From: Octopus vulgaris
Taxonomy: Eukaryota
Reading direction: 5' to 3'
DNA length: 64,000 nucleotides
Assembly (NCBI GenBank): GCA_951406725.2
Contig: OX597826.1
Coordinates: 248,001-312,000 of the forward strand
Shown: piece by piece, positions 55,525-64,000 of the stretch
Layout: every line of letters begins with the position of its first letter
How positions within the stretch are numbered: position 1 is the stretch's first letter
Program-made: the position numbers and the translations under genes
Notes under the pieces: model-generated
What the model was told of the DNA's origin: nothing
Databases searched by the model: none
What the model saw: only the letters and a program-made list of their open reading frames with translations

Positions 55525-58248
55525 TATGTTTGACTTTTGCTTTATGTCTGTACAAGTTGGTTCCAAGTCTCACCCAGAGACCTCAAGAGACAACAGGTTG
55601 GAAGTTCTGTGCCATATATTTGGGGGGTTTTTTTGTATTTTTTTTGTACTAGTGAATGTCTAATACATAAAAAAATAAATAAATAAATAAATTAAAAAAT
55701 AAAAAAATAAAAATAAGAATAAAAAAAAAGTTTGTTTTAAACCTTGGGATTACATAGAGAGTATTTTGCGTAGGATATGAGCAGTTCCCATGAGCACTAT
55801 CTTTTGAATTTCTGCCATTTTGGGGTTTCCTGGTATCTGAGTTAGGTAGCAATCAGTCCCTTTCGCTATCATTCCCAGGGCACCTATGACAACAGGTATT
55901 GTTTTAGTCTTCAGCTTCCACATTTTGCTGATTTCTATTTCAAGATCTTTATATTTGCTCTGTTTTTGGTAGGTCTTGACAGATACGTTTATATCGATTG
56001 GGACAGTCATATCAATGAGGAGGCATGTTCTTTGTCTGAAGTCTTTCAATATGATGTCTGGCCTATTTGCATCTATCTTCCTGTCAGTTTGAATGGTGAA
56101 GTTCCAGAGGAGTGAGATGTGGTCATTTTCAAGCACTGGAGGTGGATTGTGTTTCCACCAGTTTTTTTCATGGGGCAAATCCAGGTTTTTGCAAATTACC
56201 CAGTGAATATATTGTGCAGCTCTATCATGCCTATTGAGGTACTCTGTAGGCGCTAGAACACTGCATTTGGAGACAACATGATCAATGGTTTCATTTTGTT
56301 GTCGGCATACACGACATGTTGAGCTACTGCCGTTCTTTAATATGTTGGCCTGGTAGTTTCTTGTTGGTAGGCATTGATCTTGAGCTGCTATGATAAACCC
56401 TTCTGTTTCAGATTTTAAGCCAGAGGCCATTAGCCATTGATGGGTCAGGGCTTTGTCGATATCTGCGTTATTCGCTCTCTTTGGGTATTTGCCATAGAGA
56501 GGTTTTTCTTGCCATTTATTATTCAGAATATCTAAGGCCGCAGTTTTGGCACGGGTTTTCATGCGCCTAGCTTTTTCTGTGCTTGTTTCTTGTATGTCTA
56601 TCTCTAATTCCGAAATTGGTTGTATTCGGAATTCACTTAAATATTCCTTTGCCTGTTTTGTGACCGAGTATGATGCTTTCTTGTTTTCTTGTTCCTCAGA
56701 CTTTTTCAGGTAGGTGTCTAGGCCAATTGTAGCAATCTTCATTGTTATTGCCAGTTGCAAAAGACCGCGGCCTGCCTCTTTTCTTGGCAGATAGAGCCGT
56801 TCTGTATCTGCCTTAGGGTGGTGCATTCTATGCATTGTCAACAGTTTCCATATTTTTCTGTCGAGCTGACATATTTCAGTAATTGACCAGTTAACAATAT
56901 TGAAACTGTAAGTCACGACTGGTATGGCTAATGCATTGATCGCTTCGATTCTGTTTCTTGCATTCAGCTCTGTCTTGAGTATTGCTCTCACTCTTCGATA
57001 ACATTCTCTCCTGATCCTTTCCTTCATCTCTGAATGCCTTATTCCGTTCCCTTCAATTACCCCTAGGTACTTGTAGCTCTCCGCTGGGTCTAGTTCTTTT
57101 ATGACATTCTGCTGGTCAAGGTTAATGTTAGATGTTTCTGTCATTTTTCCTTTGATAAAGGTAGCTTTTGCACATTTATCGAGGCCGAATTGCATTCTGA
57201 TGTCGTCACTGAATTGTTTGACTATCGCTAGTAAGCCCTTGAGTTGTTGGTCATTTTTTGCAAAAAGCTTTAAATCGTCCATGTAAATGAGATGATTTAT
57301 ATTTTTATCAAACATTTTATACCCGTAATGCGCGTCATTGAGCAGCTTTGAGAGAGGTATTAAGGATAAACAAAAGAGGAGTGGTGACAGTGAGTCACCC
57401 TGGAAAATGCCACACGAAATTTTTATATCACCAGCATTTAGGGATTCATTGTCACTGTTCAGAGTTAGTGTGGTTCTCCATGATCTCATACTTACAGTCA
57501 AGAAGTTTCGCAGAGTTGGTGCTATCTTATACATTTCCAGGCATTTCCTAATCCAGCTATGTGGTAGGCTATCAAAAGCCTTTTTATAGTCTATCCAGAC
57601 TATTGATAAGTTTTTGTGTCGTTTGTGACAATCTTCTAAGATCATCTTATTGATGAGTAGTTGGTCTTTACAGCCGTAGGATCCACGTTTACATCCTTTC
57701 TGTTCATTAGGGAATATGCTGCTGTCTGTTAAAAAACTATAGGTATATTCCGTCAGGACAGATGTTAATGTTTTGTACATAGTTGTTAAGCAGGTTATGG
57801 GTCTATAGTTTTTTGGTTCATTTGTTTCTTCACTTTTTGGAAGCAGGAATGTTAACCCATTAACTAGCCAAGGAGGCATCCTACAAGGGTGTTGCAAAAC
57901 ATCATTGTACAGTTCTGATAGCAGTTCATGGCTCTCTGGGAAGGCATTCAGCTAGAAGTTAGGAATATTATCCTTTCCTGGAGACTTCCATGTGCTTGAC
58001 CTCCTGAGAGCAGATCTTATATCTTCTACCTTGACACCCTCCCAGTTTTGCTCTTCTAAGGGGTCCAGTTCTGTAGATATTCTGTCAATCCAGGGGGCCT
58101 TTTCGTTCTGTGTTTTTTCTTCTGCCCAGATTTTATTCCAAAATCCCTGCACTTCTTCTTTTGATGGTACAGACCTTGCAGTAAACGCTGTTTTTCCTAT
58201 CTTCCTGTAAAAATTCTTGGTGTTATTTTTGAACATGTTGTTCAAAAA
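55524..58248 (-). mobile_element. Dong/R4-clade RLE retrotransposon, lineage B, 5'-truncated (RT + CCHC + RLE)
   Basis: ORFs 57952..58245 and 55750..57897: KSPGKDNI, NYRPITCL, DYKKAFDS, GIFQGDSLSPLLF, YMDD, CRVC..ETIDHVVSKC, RHD, RPDII..IDM; (TAA)n on both sides. Confidence 0.95.
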
Positions 58249-58270
58249 TTTATTATTATTATTATTATTA

Positions 58271-58341
<71 letters not shown>

Positions 58342-58390
58342 GTTGTTATTGTTATTATTATTGTTGTTGTTGTTGTTGTTATTATTATTA

Positions 58391-61300
58391 TTTTTTTTTT
58401 TTCTTCTTTCAAATTTGCATCCATTTCTTGCCGAGTGTCTTCCCGGCTCCTAGGGCAAAGAAACTCATAGTATACATTGGTAGGCCATTAAACCAAACTC
58501 AGTAGTTCGTTCATTTTTTTTTTTTTTAAAGTTAAATTTAAATTAAAATACATGAGCAGCAACAGTTCTCACATCGACAATGCTCTTCTCAATACGTGTG
58601 ATGTACCAGTTAAGACAATCTTTTGCACTTCTTGCAGGGATGGTAAGCCAGGGATCATTCTCATATAATTTTCGGTTCCCTTCTTCATCATTCCTAGTGC
58701 TCCTACGATCACTGGTATTGTAACCGCCTTGAGATGCCACATTTTCTCAATTTCAATGAGTAGGTCTTTATATTTTCTGAGCTTGTCAAACTCTTTCGCT
58801 GAGATATTATGATCACAGGGGATGCTCATGTCGATCAATAAGCAAACTTTATTGTTTTGGTCTTTCACAACAATATCTGGTTTATTGGCCTTGATGGTTC
58901 GGTCTGTATGTATGGTTACATTTTCTCCTTCCGTTACAGCCTCAGGGTGGTGATTATACCACTTGTCGGCAGTTTTGATATTGTAATGCCGACTTATTAG
59001 CCAGTGGAGATATTGGCCAACTCTGTCATGTCTTAATTTATACTCCACTGGTGCTAAGACTTTACATCCAGAGATTAGGTGGTCCACTGTTTCAATCATG
59101 TCGTTGCAGAATCGGCATTTTGGGTCTGCTCCATTTTTCATCACATTGGCCTGGTAGTTCCGGGTTAATAGGCTTTGATCTTGAGCAGCCAGGATGAAAC
59201 CTTCGCTCTCTGCTTTTAGCCCTGAGCTCCGTAGCCACTGATGGGTTTGCTTCTGGTCAACATCAGCTTGTTTGCTGCGGGTCACATATTTGCCGTGCAG
59301 AGGTTTCTCCTCCCACCTATCAGCCAATTGCTCGTGCGCTTTTTTCGTTGCCATCATTTTCACCTTCTTTGCAACAATAGTTGCCGTACTTCCCTCGGGT
59401 TGTTCAGTTTGGGTATCCTGCACGAGATCAATAGCAAATTTTTTGCTTTCCTTTATGATAGAATGAAGCTTCTTTCGTCTCTCGTGATTTTCCACGAGCT
59501 TTAGCATCCAGTCATTCGATATTTCGAGATATTTGGCCAGTCCAATTGTGGTTGTTTTGTAAGCTAGTTCAAATTGGATCAGGCCTCGACCTCCTTGGGC
59601 TCTGGGAAGGTAAAGGCGATCTACGTCTGCCTTTGGGTGGTGCATCCTATTACAACTCAGCAGCTTGCGTATTTTTCTATCTATATTCTTTACTTCACTC
59701 ATATTCCAGTTCAACACATTGTAGCTATAAGTAACAACTGGAACTGCTAAGGAATTTATAGCTAACACCTTGTTACGTGCATTTAGTTCAGATTTCAGGA
59801 CTGCACGAACTCTCCTATAACATTCCTTCCTGATTTTCTCTTTCATGCTTGCATGCTGAATACCAGAGCCTTCATTTATCCCTAAATATTTGTATGTTTG
59901 TTCTTGCTCAAGCTCTCTTATGACTGTGTCAACATCTAACACGACTGAATTTGTGGTCTTCACTTTCCCTTTCTGGAAAGTGGCCTTGGTACACTTCTCA
60001 AGTCCAAACTCCATCTTGATGTCATCGCTGAATGCTTTCACGGTGCGCAATAGGCCTTCAAGTTCATTATTGTCTTTACCATAAAGTTTTAAGTCATCCA
60101 TATAAAATAGATGGCTTATTTTTTTATTGGCAATTTTATACCCATACCCTGTTCTGTTTAATTCACTTGTAAGGGGTATTAGGGCTATGCAGAATATTAA
60201 AGGTGAAAGTGAGTCACCTTGAAAAATTCCACAGTTGATGTTTATATTTTCTGAGGCAAGTACTCCATTAGAGTGGTATAATTGGAGATTCGTATTCCAC
60301 AACGACATATTGTGCTTCAGGAAGTTTGAAATCACAGGGGAAATTTTGAAGATGTCCAGCGATCTCAAGATCCATGGATGCGGTATACTGTCGAAGGCCT
60401 TTTTGTAGTCAATCCATGCGGTGCTGAGATTTCTGCGCTTGTTGTGACAGTTCTCAAGGATCATACGATTGATTAGCAGTTGATCTTTGCATCCGTAAGA
60501 GCCTCGGCGGCACCCTTTTTGTTCAATGGGGGAAATATCATTCTTCTCCATGAATGCATGTTTTCTCCGCCAGGATAGATGTTAAGATTTTATACGTGGT
60601 GGATAGACAGGTTATAGGCCGATAGTTTTTTGGAAGGTCGGTTTCGTTATTCTTTGGGAGTAGGTAAGTAATGCCACTTGCTAACCATTCAGGTGTTTTC
60701 TTTGGGTCTCTCATAATTCCATTGAGCAGCTGAACTAGCTTACCGTGTGCGCATGGGAGCGATGCGAGCCAGAAATTCGGCACCCTATCTTTACCGGGGG
60801 ATTTCCAATTATGGGCCTTCGTGAGTGCCTTTCTTAGGTCTGCTATTGTGATGTCTTCCCATGCTTGTTGTTGTAAATTTTGGTAGGATCCTTCAGTTTG
60901 TATAATCCAGTCTGCATTTATGTTGTACGTCTTCTTGTCACTCCAAATCCTTTTCCAAAAGTTTTGAACTTCTTCCATGGGAGGGGGTCTTTAACGGTTA
61001 CTTTCTCCTTCCCTATTTCTCTGTAGAATTTTTTGGCATTGGATGTGAACAGCTTATTTTGCTTGTAAAACTTGTTTCTCTTCTCAAATCTACGTATTCT
61101 TTGGGCTTTTGCTTGGACTTTTTGTTTCAGCGTTTCTTTTATTGATATCAGTTCTTCTCTTGGTGAGGGTCCAAATTTTCTCTTCATCTTTCTTCCTGTT
61201 CTGGATCTTACATCATTTCCACATATTAGTTCATTTAATATTGATATTTCCCCTCTCATAAATTCAATCTCTTTTTCAATTTTACTTCTCCAGGTTTGAT

Positions 61301-62593
61301 TTCTTCCCAGGTTTTGTTTTCTTTGTTTTTTCGGGGGCATACAGCTGGTTTCAATTGCCTTAGCAGAAGCGTAAATAATTTCATTTAACTCAGTAAAATC
61401 AGGTTTTAATTCTCGTATTATTTCATTTGTTACATAGTTGCCAATTTGGATTTGTTTTTTATTTTGGTTTGTATTTGAGAGTTTATGAAGTGGTTCTCTA
61501 TCATTCATACTTGTATGTCTTACAACTTCAAGCGTATTCAGGATTTTCTGCCTCATTTCTGCCATAGACTCTCTGTGTTCTTCAGCAAATGCGAGATCTT
61601 CAGTTACTGTTGTTTTTTCGTTTTCCTGGCTATCTTTAACAGGTACAATAGAATTTCTTGTATCTTCAGGCCTTTGCGTACTTTGGTCAGATGGCAGTCT
61701 TTCAATTAAGCCTCGTGGCGGGCTATACTGTTCATCTGATTCTTCATTTCCTTTGTGTCTTATATTTATGTCATTTTCCGTTGCGTGCTTGATCGCGCTT
61801 ATTTCACTGTCTGTGAGTCTGTTATTTCTAAGGATATCCCTCCTCACATTTGCTAATTTGTTCTCGTCCAAATAGGGCCTACTGTCTTGATTCCGTGTTC
61901 TCCATATACTGTAAGAGTTTGCGGTGTGTCTCTCTTGAGATGGCCTACCTAATGCATAGTAATAAGCGTATATTACTTCTTTATGGTGAAGGCGCATGGC
62001 TCAGTGGTTAGAGCGTCGAGCTTACGATCGTGAGGTTGTGAGTTCGAATCCCGGACCGGGCTGCGTGTTGTGTTCTTGAGCAAGGCACTTTATTTCACGT
62101 TGCTCCAGTTCATTCAGCTGTAGAAATGAGTTGCGACGTCACTGGTGCCAAGCTGTATCGACCTTTGTCTTTCCCTTGGAAAGCACTGGTGGCGTGGAGA
62201 GGGGAGGCTGGTATGCATGGGCGACTACTGGTCTTCCATAAACAACCTTGTCCAGACTTGTGTCTAGGAGGGTAACTTTCTAGGTGCAATCCCATGGTCA
62301 TTCATGACCGAAGGGGGGTCTTTACCCTTTACTTCTTTATACTCTTCTCGGGTCCATTTGTTCCGCTTACATTTTTCTTTCTATGGTGGTTGTGGTGGTG
62401 AACTTGGAGGGCTCGAGTTGGGGGATTTCCCGTTCAAGTGACCATCCATGTCCGTATTCGGAGAAGAATTTGTGCCAGTTGATGACTTTTCGATCCCAGG
62501 CTGGCTCTTCCCTGGGGGATGCGCTTCCAGATTAACCATAGGACAAGCGATTTGGTATACTGATTTAGTTTTCCTTTTAGTTTCCAAAAACAT
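58391..62593 (-). mobile_element. Near full-length Dong/R4-clade RLE retrotransposon, lineage C (frameshifted, interrupted by a SINE); 5' UTR may extend to the (TAA)n at ~63628
   Basis: ORF pieces 62381..62593, 60918..61984, 60538..60978 and 58569..60551 with KWTREEYKEVIYAYY, KSPGKD, YRPITCL, QGDSLSP, YMDD, CRFC..H..C, KPDIVV..IDM. Confidence 0.95.
61988..62330 (+). mobile_element. tRNA-derived SINE family B inserted into the Dong ORF, with target-site duplication
   Basis: A box tggctcagtgg, B box gttcgaatcc; ttacttctttat at 61973-61984 is repeated at 62329-62340. Confidence 0.9.
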
Positions 62594-63626
62594 TTTGGTG
62601 CTACGATAATGTTATCATTTTTTAGCTTTGATTGGCTCGTGGGGAGACGGCCATCATTGTCGTTACAATTATAATCGTACCATTATAGCAGCCGTAGTCG
62701 GCTTATTATTGTTATTATCATCGCCATTACCATCACTCTCATCATTATCACCACCATTACCATCATCATTATCATCATCACCATCACCACCATCATCTTC
62801 AATGATATTGTTTTATGCGTAGTCACAGCAGTATCTTATTATTGTTATTTTTGTTTTTTTATCATTATCACCATCACAGTAGTGTCTGTCTGTCTCGTTG
62901 GCTGGCTTGGTGGTTGGCTGGCTGACTGTCTTCAACACCAGAGTTCTTGCCTGTCAAATAATACTTTCTTTGTGTTGGTTGAACTCTTTGTGTTGGTTGA
63001 ACTCTTTGAGTGTGTGTGTGTAGATAGATAGATAGATTATCAGCACTATTACTATCATTATTATCATCATCACCATCATCACCATCACCATCAGTGTTAT
63101 TTTTTTTTTTTTTTTTTAGGTGGGGTCCTATCGGTCAAAAAAAGTTCAGGTGTTTACTACTATTAGGCTTAAGAAAAATTAAGGAAGGGCTGTTCTGTAT
63201 TGTTTGTGAATAGAGAAGTTGTGTTCGACCAGAGAGAATCTTAGCAACATCATTTTATTTAGTTTTTTTAAATGTGCGTTTGTGTTATTGCAATAAAACG
63301 TGTTTGTATATTTCCTGTAAGGTAATATTGTGGAGGTTGAAGTTGACTTTTCTGGAGATGTTTGTATGTCCAGTTAGAAGAACAGGTGTGTTTTTACAAT
63401 AAAAAGTATATGTTTACATTTATATTTGAATTTCAGGGAGGAAGCAAAGAAAAGTCAGATTTTCATAGAAAGTTTTAGGGTTTTGCAAGTCCACAAAAAG
63501 AAAAGCGTGATGTTTTTAGAGAGAAGAAAAAAAAAAAAAGGATGTTTACAGAGGCAATTGTGGGTATCAAAGTTTTTAAAGCTGGTCGAATGTATGATTG
63601 AAAACTGTAGACATGTAAATTTGTAA

Positions 63627-63696
<70 letters not shown>

Positions 63697-64000
63697 GTTA
63701 TTATTATTCGATGTGAAATACGACAGAAGTGTTTCTGAAGGCTCGGAGTAAGTTCTCATTAATTTTTTTGCATACACCCGTTTGGTGCTTTTGTTTGAAA
63801 TTTTAATCCCATGTCGTTATTGAAAAAAACCCAGGAACCCGTTGCTGGGCTTTCTGCACTTGTTTGGCCCCGTAAGGGTCAAGTTTCGACCCTCTAGAAA
63901 AATCGCCCTTTAGGTGTTTTAAAAGCAATAATTTATAAAGATGGCGTGAGTGAAAAATGAGTTATTCTACCCAGCCTTCCTACAACTGAAGACCTCACTC

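Overview
AT-rich, microsatellite-dense animal genomic DNA, most likely an octopus (inferred from the repeat landscape). I see no host gene. The window is a patchwork of mobile-element pieces: three lineages of Dong/R4-clade RLE non-LTR retrotransposons sitting in (TAA)n tracts, Penelope-like element (PLE) RT and GIY-YIG remnants, tRNA-derived SINEs, and mariner, Tc1 and Chapaev3-like DNA transposon relics. The main result is a set of type I hammerhead ribozymes, read by eye, in at least five distinct non-coding repeat families inserted in (TA)n tracts. One family is a ~555-bp tandem unit with exactly one hammerhead per monomer (candidate non-LTR retrozyme or circular RNA), and its array turns into an inverted copy within 2 nt of the predicted cleavage site. 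The region ~18.8-55.5 kb consists of large inverted duplications centred on a hammerhead-bearing element. It also contains garbled stretches and a 100-N gap, so part of this architecture may be assembly artefact.
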